Below, piece by piece: positions 50,209 to 63,602 of a stretch of 64,000 nucleotides of DNA. The notes beneath the pieces were generated by a model, which did not search any database, had not been told where the DNA came from, and saw only the letters and a program-made list of their open reading frames with translations. The stretch is from contig JBHGNT010000022.1 in assembly GCA_043228905.1 (NCBI GenBank), positions 5,394,001-5,458,000 of the forward strand. The letters are read 5' to 3'. The DNA is from Azolla caroliniana. Its lineage: Eukaryota > Plantae > Polypodiophyta. Position numbers and translations under genes: made by a program. The first letter of the stretch is position 1. Each line of letters starts with the position of its first letter.

Positions 50209-53200
50209 ATGGAGTCAATTAGCAAGCAAGAGTATGTTCGTGTCATCTCTGAACTAGAGCATCTCGCAAATAAGTTTGTGGCGTTAGAACAAGAGAATCA
50301 ACGATTGCTTGGAGATTTGCAACAAGTAAGCATAGAAAATGCACAACAATATGATGAGTTATCAACATGTGTATTGCAACTCGAAACAACATTGCACTCT
50401 CTTCATCAACAAGCTTCAATGCAACAAACCTCTCCCAAAGAACCGAAGATTTGTTTGCCTAAGAAGTTCGATGGTAATCGATCACAGTTTTGAGGGTTTC
50501 TAAACCAAGTACATATAGTAATTCATATGCACCCTAATAGGTATCTGACTGATGCAGCTCAAGTTGGAATAGTTGGGACCCTCTTAACAGGAATTGCATT
50601 AGCGTGGTTTGCACCACTGCTAGAAAAGAAGTCTCCTCTTCTCCAAGACTTCGGTGACAACCGTTTATTCGAGCAACGTTCGGAACGTCAATTAATGTCA
50701 CGAGCAAGAACGGATCAAACATATGCTTCGGTAGTAGCCTCGACACCTACGAGCAGTACCCAAACTTCACACATGATTCCATCAGGTGGTCCAAGTTCAA
50801 TGGAGATTGATGTAACACGTCGTTGAGGGTCTTTATCTGAAGCTGAGAAGCAAAGACGTCTAGCAAACTGTCTATGTTTGTATTGTGGTGGTCTAGGACA
50901 CATCGTGATCACGTGCCAACATAGCCCAAAACGACAAGTAAATGAAGTAAGTATTAATGAGAATCTTCATTCCAATTCTCCAGTTAGATCATCTAGCCCC
51001 AGTAGTCCCACATGTCATGGTCAGTCCAATAATTTTGAAGTCTTGAGTCAACTTGATGAAATATTAAACGAATAAGTCCAACCAAAATCGGAGCCATTTG
51101 GTTGGACAATCCTGAATACGTAAAGTCAACCCCAAGTAGTGGTTTCATTTTATTGAATCATGTTAGTAGAGTTTTTTCAGCACAAGTTGAGCTTAGCACT
51201 TCTAGGTGTCATCGAGTTCATGCCTCTACTCTCTTAGATTCAGGAGCCAACTCTTGTTTTATGGACAAAGAATTTTCTCTATCCGAGAAAATCCTATTGA
51301 AAAACCTCCCTTGCCCTGCATCTGTTGTAGTCATTGATGGTCACCCTATTTCATCTGGGAATATAGTTGAAGAATCTGAGCCAATTCGAGTAGTTCTTGG
51401 TAGCTTTTCTTGTATGATTTCCTTCAATATAATTAGTAGCCCTGAGCATCCGGTTATCCTTGGTTTGCCTTGGTTTGAACTTCATAATCCTGAAATTGAC
51501 TAGAGAAATTGAACAATCAATTATTTCCATCAAAAACCTAAATCCACCTGCCTTGTTACTACCAACCAAGATTCAAAACCTCACCAAATCTCGCCCATCT
51601 CTCTACAAAAATTACGAGAAGACGGGCAAACAAATGAAATGTTTGTCTTTGCAGTAATAGCAAACCCATCCTCTAGCTCACAAGGGGCAGGTACTCCCCC
51701 CCCTACCAAGTACTTGGATTTTGAAGACATCTTCAACAAAGCTAAAGCTAGTTCTGTCCCAAACCATCGGACTTATGATTGTCCTATTGAACTACAACCT
51801 GGGAAAGAGCGACCATGGGGCCCAATATATAATCTATCACCTTCCGAACTCAAGGCCCTTCGAGAGTATATAGATGAGCACTTAGCAAATTGATTCATTC
51901 GACATTCTAAAAGCCCTATTGGTGCACCCATCTTCTTTGTCAAGAAGAAAGATGAATATCTATGACTGGTCGTGGACTATCGAGGTCTAAACAAAATCAT
52001 AGTTCGAAATAGATATGTTCTACCCTTGATTTCGAGTTTACTAGAGCATCTTAGTGGAGTGAAAGTTCTTACGAAGCTAGATTTTCGAGGTGCATATAAC
52101 CTTGTTCGGATACGTCCAGGAGATGAATGGAAGACATCATTCTGTACTCCATACGGACATTTCGAGTACACATTTATGCCTTTTGGTCTCACGATTGCTC
52201 CCGCGGTTTTTCAACACATGGCGAATGATATTTTCCAGGATTTTTTGGATTCATTCACCATAGTGTATCTTGATGACATCTTGATTTACTCGAAAACTCA
52301 ATAAGAGCATGATATACATGTCCGCCAAGTCCTCCAATGCTTACGAGAATATGGGCTCTATGCCAAACTTGAGAAATGTAGCTTTGATCAAAACCACGTG
52401 AGAATTTCTGGGTATGTGGTTTCACAACAAGGTATATATGTGGATCCATCTAAGGTTCAGACAGTTCTAAACTGGCAACCACCTCGTTCAATGCATGATG
52501 TTCAATGTTTCTTAGGATTTGCGAATTTTTACCGTAAATTTATCAAGAATTATTCAAACATTGTGATGCCTCTCACAGAGCTTACACGAAAGAACAAGTC
52601 ATTCACATGGAGTTCTAGTGCAACCAAAGCTTTTCAAAGCCTAAAGAGAGCATTCACTTATGATCCAATTCTACTTCATGCTGACCTAGAAAAACCATTT
52701 ATCATCGAGGCGGATGTGTCTGATTGTGCACTAGGAAGTATCTTGTCATAGATAGGAGATGATGGGAAGCTACATCCATATGCTTTCCATTCACACAAAT
52801 TCAAAGCTGCAGAGATCAATTACGAGATTCACGACAAAGAGCTTCTAGCCATTATAGACTTTGAACAATGGAGAAATTTCTTAGAAGGTTCTCCCCATCA
52901 AATCATTGTTTACAATGATCATAAAAACCTCACATACTTTGAAAGTGCTAGAGTCTTGAGTCGCTGCCAAACTTGTTGGGCACAGTTTCTAAAACGTTTT
53001 GACTTCTTCATCACATATCTCCTAGGAGTACAACAAGGAAAGGCAGATGCTCTCTCACGACGATCTTATTTGGCTCCACAACCAGGAGAGCCCACATTTG
53101 ATCATCAAAAACAAATCATCTTGGGGCATAATCGGTTACGACTATTAACTATTAATGCCTCTCAAGAATTTGAAGATTCAAGTCTTCTTGATTGAATCCG

Positions 53201-54730
53201 AACATATATCATTTCTGATCAATTTGCTCAAGATATATTGAATCATATAATTTCAGATCACGCTTCTTCTTCAAGCTCCAAGAATCCTCGTAAAGATTAT
53301 AACTAGTTTAAATGGGATAATGGTTTACTTTTTCGCAACACTCTTTTGTGTGTTCCAAATGGATCGTCTCGACTTCAAGTAATGCAATATTGTCACGACA
53401 ACCCAATGGCCAGGCACTTTGGAATCCACAAAATTTTAGAGCTAGTTTCTCGAAACTATTGGTGGCCTCACCTTTGAGAGTTTGTTGAAGATTATGTTCG
53501 TAGTTGTGATGTGTGTTGTCGGTCAAAGATTCTACGACATCAACCATATGGGTTATTACAATCATTGCCAATTCCTATTGGTCCGTGGAAATACATTTGG
53601 ATGGATTTTATTACAGATCTTCCAATTTTGAAGAGTTTTGATGCTATTCTCATATATTGATTCACAAAAAGGGCGCATTTTCTTCCATGCATGAAAACCA
53701 TCAACAGTAAAGAAACTGTAGACATCGTTATGAAAGAAGTAATTCGGATTCACAGTCTTCCAAATGACATCATTAGTGATTGTGGCCCCCAATTCATCTC
53801 AAAATTCTGGAAACATTTGCTTGAGATGCTCAAAATCTCTTGTAAACTTTCGTCAAGCTATCATCCACAAAGTGACGATCAAACCGAGCAGACGAATCAA
53901 ACATTAGAGCAATATCTTCCGTGTTTCATAAATTACCAACAAGATGATTGGGTGGATTTATTTCACTTTGCAGAGTTTGCATACAATAATTCAGTTCATT
54001 CCTCAACAGGGTATACTCCATTTTTTGCAAACATAGGATATCATCCTTGTTGGACAATGATGGCACATCCAGAAATCTCGAAAAATCCTGTTGTTGAAGG
54101 TCGTCTGCGTCAACTCCAAGACGTGTATGTTGCACTTTCTCAACATTTGCAAACTACTAGAGCCACACACAAAAAAGCCGTAGATCGTCACTGTCTCGCC
54201 TCTTAACCAAAGGAACCGAAGTTTCGAATTGGGGATCGTGTATGGTTACTACAACGTAATGTGAAGACTACTAGACCTTGTGACAAGTTGGATTATCAAC
54301 GACTTGGTCCATTTATTATCTCCAATCAGATTAATGATGTTGCATTCCGCCTTTATCTACCTCCACAGATGCATCTGCGTCTGGTATTTCATGTCTCATT
54401 GTTGGAACCCTACATTGGTAGTTCTATTCCAAATCGGGTTGTTCTATCCCCACCTCCAGTTCAACTTGTTGATGGCCCAAAATTTGAAGTCAAAGCTATT
54501 TTGGACTCCAAGATAATACGTACAAAGCTTTATTATGTCGTGGATTGGTTAGGATATACACCAATGATTGTACTTGGGAGCCAACTGAGAACCTTGATAA
54601 TGCCTCTAACTTGGTGGCTGAATTTCATCGCCAATATCCAGATAAGCCAAGTCTGAATTCATGCATTACGACTCATGGAACTCGTCATCAAAGGAGGGGG
54701 ATGGTGTCATGTGTATACAAAACCCAATAA
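50209..54730 (+). pseudogene. Chromovirus M gag and pol
   Basis: EPKICLPKKFDG, YCGGLGHIVITC, LLDSGANSCF, YLDDIL, IEADVSD, YHPQSDDQTE, LGPF, chromodomain. Confidence 0.92.
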
Positions 54731-54913
54731 GCTTTATGGTGATTCGAACCCATGACCTGGTGTCATGTGTAAACAAAACCCAATAAGCTTTATGGTGATT
54801 TGAACCCATGACCAGGTGTCATGTGTATACAAAACCCAATAAGCTTTATGGTGACTAGAACCCATGACCTGGTGTCATGTGTATACAAAACCTAATAAGC
54901 TTTATGGTGATTC
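54705..54913 (+). repeat. 56-bp tandem array of the M LTR 5' end (3.7 units; 2 units at 49554-49662)
   Basis: Units start at 54705, 54761, 54817 and 54873: tgtcatgtgtatacaaaacccaataagctttatggtgattcgaacccatgacctgg. Confidence 0.93.
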
Positions 54914-57162
54914 TGAAAAGCATGTCGTGCGGAAGCAATATAGGAGACAGAACAACAGAAGACGCAGGTTTAATGGAAAGCTTAGGTTTACATAGTACGC
55001 ACGGGAGAGACAGAGAAAGAGGGTAAACACACGAAATTAATTCAAAATATAATACTCAATCTGTACATAGGATGTGCTCAGTGAGCACTTTTATACAAGC
55101 CCTGACAGTTGGGCTGACACAAGCACTAACAGTACTTGACTGCTCATAAATGAGCCTCGATACTTACTCCAAAAACTATTCCTTACGAGGAATATCTTTC
55201 TAACGGCCTCGCGGTTTACACACCGCTACGACCATGTTATGCGTACCGAGTTTACGCACCCAGTTTACGCACTAGTTACGCATCGTATTATGCACAAATG
55301 TTGAGCATGTCTCTCAGCACTCCCCCTCAAGCTCAACTTGAGGTTCCGCCTGCTCCCCTTATGTCCGATTTTGGCTACTCCCCTTATGTCCACTTCCGGC
55401 TACTCCCCTTATGTCCGCTTTCGGACTCTTCCGCGGATCCACCCTCGGCTTCTTCAGCTGATCCGAAGTCGAATTCATAATCTGACTCGACGCTACAGTC
55501 TTTTCCACTCCTTTCCTACTCCCTTCTGTGGTCATTTGGGACGTCTCTCCCCCTCAAGTTCGGCACGTCGAGGTGACGCAACCCAAGCGCACCCGAGAAT
55601 TGCCGCAACTTGTCCAGACCAAGAGGCTAGGTGAAGATGTCGGCGGTCTGCCGATCCGTCGGAACATACTAAAGTTCGACTTCACCAAAAAGGACACGCT
55701 CACGGACAAAATGGTAGTGCACCTCAATGTGCTTGGTCCGTGCGTGGAAGACTGGGTTCTTCGCAAGCTGGATGTTGCTGAGGTTGTCGCAGTAGATCGT
55801 CGTCGGATCGGACACCTCCACTTGTAGATCCTTAAGTAGCCACTTCAACCATATGGCTTCGCATGTCGCGACAGCTGCTCCTCTATACTCGGCTTCGGTG
55901 CTCGATAGTGCAACTATCGGCTGCTTCTTGCTACACCACGCTATCGCGGCAGTCCTAAGAGAGAACGCGTATCCGGACATGGATCGGCGATCGGCGGCGT
56001 TGCCAGTTCAATCAACATCGGTGTAGCCGACCAACTGCGGGGCTAGACCAGTCTCAAATAGCAGTCCCCGGTCCTTAGTGCCGCTTACGTACCGCAGAAC
56101 GCGTTGCGCACACTGAAGGTGCTCCTCTGTATGTCGCGCCATAAACTGACTGATCACCCTGACCGGATAACTGAGATCAGGTCGGGTGATTGTCAGAACC
56201 TCGTCGGGTCGCACACCTTTCCAGAATTGGGGCGAAGCTTGACGATTCTATCAAGAGGAGTCAAGACGGACTTACAATCGGTCATCCCAAATTTGAAGAG
56301 CATATTCAGCGCGTAATGACGTTGGCTGATTAGTATGGCTTCGGGGGTGTGGATCACTTTGATCCCGAGGAAGTAATGAAGATCCCCCAGAACCTTCATG
56401 TCGAACGATGCTGCAAGCTGAAGCTTCACGCGGTTGATTTCACTTAGGTCGGTGCCGGTGATGACCAAGTCATCAACATAAAGTAGAATACTAACCAGCC
56501 CGAGTCGACCTTCCCGGATGAACAGTGAGGAGTCCGATTTCGACGTCGCAAAGCCCATCTGACGCAGTTGTTCCGTCATCTTCGCATTCCAGGCACGCGG
56601 GGCTTGCTTTAGTCCGTAAAGGGACTTCTTAAATTGGCACACCGCTGAAGTGTTCGTTCTGGAGTGAAATCCAGGGGGTTGTACCATGTACACTTGTTCC
56701 TCAAGCTCACCTTGCAGGAACGCATTCTTTACATCCATCTGATGTAAGTGCCACCCCTTGGCCGTAGCTACCGCGAGCAAATCACGGACAGTTGTCATCT
56801 TCGCGACCGACGCAAACGTCTCATCGTAGTCGATGTTGTGTTTCTGCGCGTAGCCTTTTGCTATTAACCGGGCCTTGTATCGGTTAACCGAGCCATTGGT
56901 GGTGTACTTGACCTTGTACACCCACCTACATCCGATCGCCTTCACACCTTTCGGTGCGTCAACCAAGTCCCAGGTCTCGTTTTCCGCCAATGCGTGCATC
57001 TCTGCCTCCATCTCAGCGCGCCAATTCGCGTCCTTAGCCGCCTCTACGTAGCTCTCCGGCTCACGCACTTCCACTACACGGGTTATGTATGCATAATGAT
57101 GCGCCATGTACTCGTTGTATCCGAACTGCACAACTGGGTTCTTTTGGCGAGTAGATCGGCGT
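54914..57162 (-). mobile_element. Ty1/copia element K (3' LTR, RH, RT; remainder beyond J)
   Basis: 3' LTR 54914-55319 similar to the H LTR; PPT TGAGGGGGAG 55320-55329; RT KARLIAKGY..LLYVDDL; RH HARTKHIEVHYHF. Confidence 0.9.
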
Positions 57163-58059
57163 TGTCGTAGTGTAATTCGCACACTACGTGAAAAATTACA
57201 TTTTTGGTTTCTCCAGATAGGATATGGAGTACCCAGTGAGAACCGGAAGGAAGAACCGGTGAGGACCGAAACCGGTAAGGAGACCGGCAAGAGCCGGATG
57301 AAGAAGGCCGGTGAAAGTCGGTGAGAAATGGACGAAGAGGACCGGTAAAAAGGATCCGGTAAGAACCGGATAAAGAAAACCGGCGAGAACCGGCAAGAGC
57401 CGGATGAAGAAGGCCGGTGAGAGTCTCTCACCAGATGAAGAGACATATTTGTAAATAGAAGAAAGTATAAAATTATATATTACATGCATAGGGCAAGAAT
57501 CGAACCTTGCACCTCCATGTTAATAATGTTAAGCCTTATCATTATACTAGCGTATTATGAATTTTAAAGTTATACTAAACTTTATCCCATGTAAAATTTC
57601 TAGACATGCATGGTACAAAAAGTTATTTATGCATAGACACTCGAGTTAAAAGAAAAGATGAGATAGAAAGCTAATCATGCACATGCAGTGTGCATGAAAA
57701 CTAAAGATAGGAAAAGCATGATGCTTGCATGTGATAAACTTAGACTCTTCCAACACTATATAAGGAAGAGAGAAAGATGTATAGAGGTTGTTGATTATTT
57801 TACAAGGATTTTGATCAATCTAAGATATTCGTGGGATTCACGATTTTTTTTCTATCTATTTCTCTCTTACATTCTAAGTATCAATTAATATACTATACTC
57901 GTGGGATTCACGAGGTTCATATCTTCTTTCAAATATTTCTCTTTCTTGCAATCGATTCATAAGGAGCCTTATCTCATATTCTTCTTTCTCCTAGTCCAAA
58001 ACCTCAGCGGTTCCCACCCGACTCACGCAACGATCCGGAGCCAAAAGGCACGACACAAG

Positions 58060-58077
58060 TGGTGAACCCGACGTGAA
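58060..58077 (+). promoter_or_regulatory. Primer-binding site complementary to the 3' end of tRNA-Trp
   Basis: 18-nt complement of TTCACGTCGGGTTCACCA, the 3' end of plant cytosolic tRNA-Trp as I recall it; located 4 nt after the LTR, as in I and F. Confidence 0.8.
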
Positions 58078-58119
58078 CACGGGTAGCAAGGAGATAGAAA
58101 ACCAACCAAAGGCTAACAA

Positions 58120-61100
58120 CATGATGATGATGTTCGAGCGGATGCTTTAGGAACAACGTGCGATGTAGGAGATAGCGGCGGCAGTAGAGCGGCTCGTGCA
58201 ACAGATCGGGCAATTCAACGGAAAGGACGTATCACGCTATCTTCGGGACTACAAGGCGGAAATCCTACAGTGCGGGATTTCGGAAGGACTGCAAGTGGTA
58301 TCCTTCAACCGGGTGGCTACCAACAGGCTTCAAGCAAGTATCCACGGGCTACGACAACAAAACCTGACGTGGGAAGCGTTTGAAGAGGCGCTAAAGACCA
58401 CGTTCGCTATCGAGGACTCCTCCAAGGCAACGCGGAGAGGATTCGAGGATTGGGTAGAAACGCCGGACAAGGGGATGAAGGTCCTCGATGTGTTTAGGCA
58501 TTCGAAAGTCGGTTCGGGAGGTTGTTTCCGAGAGATCAAGCTATCCTCGCACCGGACAAAGTTATCATGTTCTTACGAGCCGTAGACATCCGGAACCAGA
58601 AGGATCTTGGAGTGCTTCTAGAGGACACGAATACCGAGAGTGGCCTCACCGAAACATGGGAAAGTGTGTGGGATATCATCGCGTGATACACAAAGAGGGG
58701 GCAATGGCTTGCCACGAAGAAAAGAGGGTTTCGGAACCGATTCCGAAACCGAGATCCGGATCGGAAGACCATCAACCGCGGGCTCGGGAAGCTACGACTG
58801 AGAAGGGAATCGACGCAACTACGGTGGAGCAGTTGCTGAAGGAGATGGAGAATCTAAAATTCGTGATGGTGAAGAAGTCGGATGACCGTTCCACAAGTTC
58901 CAAGTATATGGACCGTCGATGCATATGGTGCGATAGCACCGAATATGATCGGAGGGATTGCGACGAGCACAAGGAAGCGCTACGACAGGATCTTATCTAC
59001 TACGAGGGAAATTGAACTCATTTGATGGACTCTTGGAAGCCGCTCCGACCGAACTTCCAAAAAGGCGGCATGAAGAAGGTCCTAGAGGAGGAAATAGCGG
59101 CGAAGAACAATTACGCGACAACCGCGGGAATACGTGTTGGGGAGTCATCGGGAGCAAAGGTGTCTTTTTGGCCGGAAGTGCTAGAAAACACCGAGAAAAC
59201 CGACTCTAACGAGATCCGAAGCACCGCAGAAGGCATCCAGGAAGCTACGGGATGGGAGTGCCCTGTCGATAAGAATAGCGTGTTTGCTTTATGCCAATTG
59301 CATGAAGTGTAAGTAGATGAGAAGCGACGGCGCACGGATGAGGCGGCCCGGTCCATCGAAGACACCGGAAAGCTGGAACTCCGGAGGTAAGGGAAAAGAA
59401 AAGATGATTCCGGCATTCAAGCTCGCCTCGGACATCGAACAACAAACAAACTTGAAAAAGGTGTTCGAGGAGAGAATCCTCGATAGCCGGGTAGATTTTT
59501 CGCTTAGAGAATTACTCGGAATAGCGAAGAAGGAGTTCCACGATCTTCTTGTGGATCTCGTGAAGAGGAAAAGGCAAAGTACGGAGGAGAACGCTCCAAG
59601 TTCTAATGAATGACGCCAAATTGGAGGACGAAATACCGAATTCTCACTACACAAAGCCACACTGGGCACTCGCAACTACGGAGACTCCGGTCCGAATCGG
59701 TAACATCAAAGAACCCGTGCTAGCATTGATTGATCACGGATCGGAGATCAACTTGATGTCCAAGGAATTCTACCAGAAGGGTAAGTGGCCTATTAACACG
59801 AATCATGGGTGGAAGATCCAGGCGGCCACTAAAGCAACGGAAGATCTATTTGCAGCTTGTCCGGATGTGACGGTGAAGATCGGGGATGTCGAGATCGACC
59901 AAAATTTCTTCGCACAAGACGAGGTCTCACACTCCGTGATCCTCGGGCAACCTTTTATCACGGTATCATGGATGGAGACGAAGGTGCTCGATAGCGGTGC
60001 GGCTTTTGCGCGAGTTCGGAGCCAAAATGGAGGGAAATCCGTCCAATTCCTAACGGTGCCGGAAAATCATGAAAGGAACAAGAGAGAGCTCTTGCCCCAA
60101 ACAAGGATGGATTTTTAGAGCGGACTGTTGCAGAGTGGGGAAGTGATAGTCTGAGAAACCCTGATACCCCACACAAGAAGAAAACTCTCAGAGCAAAACA
60201 AGTACGAATCGGTTCGGATGGGGCATCTACGTACACGGCCGTAACCGGAGGAATGAAGAAAGAATACCGAAAAGTGGAGGATAAGTTACGGTCGGCATCA
60301 ATAATAAAAGAAGATGAAGAAATCGTGGGAATAGTCGAAGAAGTGTTCTAGGGGAGCGCGCTACAACGGCTTGAAGAGCTCGCGAAAGATACAAGCGAGA
60401 GAGACCAGGTAGTCCTGGTGGAATCGGTCGAGATGTACAAGTTGATTGTGAAAATGGGGCCGGATGCGCTCCGCAAAGAAGAAGCAATGGTAAGTACGAA
60501 ATACAAGACCGTGGAGAAGAAAGTGAAACCGGCCGTGGGACCGTTACCCGCAGATAGCGAACAAAAGAGGAAAGAAGTCTCGGGGGATCCGACACTTCGG
60601 AAGTCCATGGATATCGGACATGGCTTCACGGATGAGACCCGGAAGAAACTTCGGATCGGTGGAGGTGGGTTCCTATTAAAGAATGAAGAAGAACAATTCC
60701 GTGGGATGCTAGAGCGACATGGGAGAGCATTTGCATTTACATCGAAAGAAATAGGATGCACTGACCCGAAGATCGTGGAGCCGATGGTGATCTTCACGAT
60801 TGACCATGTGTCGTGGAACCTGAAGCCGATTCCGGTGCCACGGGCGCATATTCCTAAAATCATCGACTTGCTCATGGAGAAGGTGGTGATGGGGATTCTA
60901 GAGCCATCAAATGCTCTGTACTCAAATCGATGGTTTACAGTTCCCAAGAAGAATGGGTCACTCCGATTTCTTCAAGATTTGCAACCGGTAAACAAGGTCA
61001 CGATCCGGAACTCCGGAGTCGGTCCGATAGTGGACGAATTTGCGGAAACATTTGCCGGTCCCGCGATATACTCCATCGGAAACCTATACTCCAGATATGA

Positions 61101-63602
61101 CCAATTCCAACTAGTTGTGAAGAGCTGAGACATCATTACCATGTGGACACTGATAGGATTAGTTCAGATGTGTACGCTACCACAAGGCGCGACGAACTCA
61201 GTCACACATATGATGAATGCGATAAAAAAGGTGCTCCGGGATTGCATACCGGAGATAATGATGTCGTTCCTAAATGACATTCCGATGAAAGGGTGTGCGG
61301 TGGAAGAAAAAGATGAAGCTATGGATGAATGGGGATGCCAAAGGTTTGTAGTCAACCATATCCGTGATTGTGAGAAAGTGTTACGGAAGTTAGAAGATGT
61401 GCATCTAACACTTTCCGGAGAGAAATTGGCATTCGGACAAGAAGAAATATCGGTAGTCGGACATCTATGTGGGCCCTACGGCCGAAGACCATCACCAACC
61501 AAGATCGATGCGATTCAAGCTATGAAAGAAGTATGCGAGTCACAATCCAAAGTTCGAAGGTTTCTTGGAGCATGTTCATTCTACCACATATGGATTCCGC
61601 ACTATGCACATATAGCGGACCCACTCTATCACTTGTTGCGGAAGGGTAAGAAGTTTGAATGGAAACCAGAGCATACCAAAGCCGTGAAGAAGCTCAAGAA
61701 ATCACTACGGAGGGCAGAAGCACTAAAGAAGTTGAACTATGACCAACCAATCATAGTAACGGTTGACACAAGTCCAACCAGAATCGGATGGGTCATCAAT
61801 CAAGATGATCCGGAAGGTTCGCGATATTCGATCCAATTCGGAGCAAAGGTTCTCAATGAAAGGCAACGCGGATATGCACAATCAAATCAGATCGAGATTA
61901 TTTGATCGGAGCCGAAGTAGTGATCGAAACGGATTGTCTTCCGATACTCGGGATGATGCGGTGTTGCACGATACCGGATGTGGCTATGCTAAGATGGATT
62001 GCATATGTTAAGTCACTTAATCCGGAGGTAAGACACATCTCCGGAAAAGACAACGCTGTAGCGGATATGCTATCAAGGGTGCGGTTCGGAGATGACATAA
62101 CCAAATCCGATAATGAAGAAGTTTCCGAAGACTACTTTGCTTCGGAGCACATATGTTGGGTGGAAGTAATCCAAGAATTCCGGGAAGAAGAATACGAGGG
62201 AGAAAGCTTGTTAATTGGGAAAATGCTACGAGAAATCAAGGAATCATTTGACAATAAAGATCCGAAGTAAGAAACGGCAAGTCCGAAAGTTCTTCTTGAA
62301 AATGGATTTTTATGGAGGGAGTCGAAAAGACCGGGTGGCATACCACTTCGAGTAGTCGGGACAAAAGAGCAACGAAACCAGGTAATGTCCGAATTTCACG
62401 AATCTGATTGGGCTGGACATCGGGGAACATGGGCAACATTTGGGAAGATCAAGCAAAGATATTGGTGGAAGAATATGTATAAAGATGTCGCGGAGTTCAC
62501 GGAAAGCTGCGAGAAGTGTCAAATCTACTCCAGAGTTCAACACCGAGATGAGTTACATCCGACATTCTCACCGACAATCAACTTCAAATGGATGGTTGAC
62601 ATTGTAGCCATGCCAACCGGGATCAGACAAAAGAAGTACTTGGTGTTAGCTCGGGAAGATCTCACAAACCAAGTAGAAGGTCGGGCGCTACGGAGGAAAA
62701 CATGTTCTACGGTATGCCAATTCCTTTTGGAAGAAGTGTTTTGTAGGTACGGGTGCGTAGGACAAGTGATTGCGGATCGGGGAGAACTCGACTCTGATAA
62801 AGCTAAGGAATTCTTCACTAAACATGGAGTTCGGTTAACACTGACAACGGCATACAATCCAGAAGCCAATGGGAAGATCGAACGAGGACATAGTCCGATT
62901 GTCAAAGCACTTGCGAAGGCATGCAATGGAAGGGTCAAGGATTGGCCATAGATGCTTCCGTATGCACTATGGGGGGATCGGACGACACATAGCTCCGTAA
63001 CCGGTTACATGCCGGCAGAACTTATGACCGGACAAGCACCGGTAATGCCGACGGAAACCGCAATCGCAACATGGACAATGCTACCATGGAAGGAAGAGAT
63101 GAGCCGGGAAGAACTACTAGCGGTTCGGATATGACAACTGGAGGGAAGACCGGAAGACATAGCGGAAGCAATACGCCGACAACAAGAAGCGCGATTCCGG
63201 AATAAAAGCCGGTTCGACACAAAGCACCGACTACGACCGCAGAAGATTGAAGAAGGAGATTGGGTGATTGTCTACGACAGTAGTTTGGATCATCAACATA
63301 CAACGATGCGGAAGTTCGCGAAAAGGTGGTTCGAGCCATATGAGGTTCGGAAAGTTTTCGATAACGGAACTTACCGACTATGCAAGTTGGATGGAACGAC
63401 GCTACGAGTGCCTATAGCCAGGAAACGGGTGAAGATTTTCAAGAAGCGGACTGAAGAAGAAGCCTATGTGATCCTAGACAAGACCGACAAGAAGGAGCAA
63501 TCAGACGAAGATCGCGGTGATGCGGAAAGCGAGGAAAGTGGATTACAACTCATAGTCGACTTAAGGGGAGAATTGGAGGAAGCTTCGGATGAAGGTGAAT
63601 AG
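58120..63602 (+). pseudogene. Element J gag-PR and RT-RH-INT
   Basis: IGQFNGKDVSRYL, CIWCD, LIDHGSEIN, FLNDI, GHRG..CEKCQ, ADRGEL..YNPEANGKIERGH. Confidence 0.9.

Larger units (their letters stand above)
49554..54913 (+). mobile_element. Ty3/gypsy chromovirus M (Tcn1-like, related to D); 3' LTR cut by K
   Basis: 5' LTR 49554-50066; gag ATG 50209; pol to ~54730 with chromodomain FEVKAILDSK..YVVDWLGY..TWEP; PPT AAAGGAGGGGGATGG; 3' LTR starts 54705. Confidence 0.92.

Noticed and set aside
54705-54913. CRISPR-like array
   Set aside because: The units are head-to-tail copies with no unique spacers, there are no cas genes, and the context is a eukaryotic LTR.
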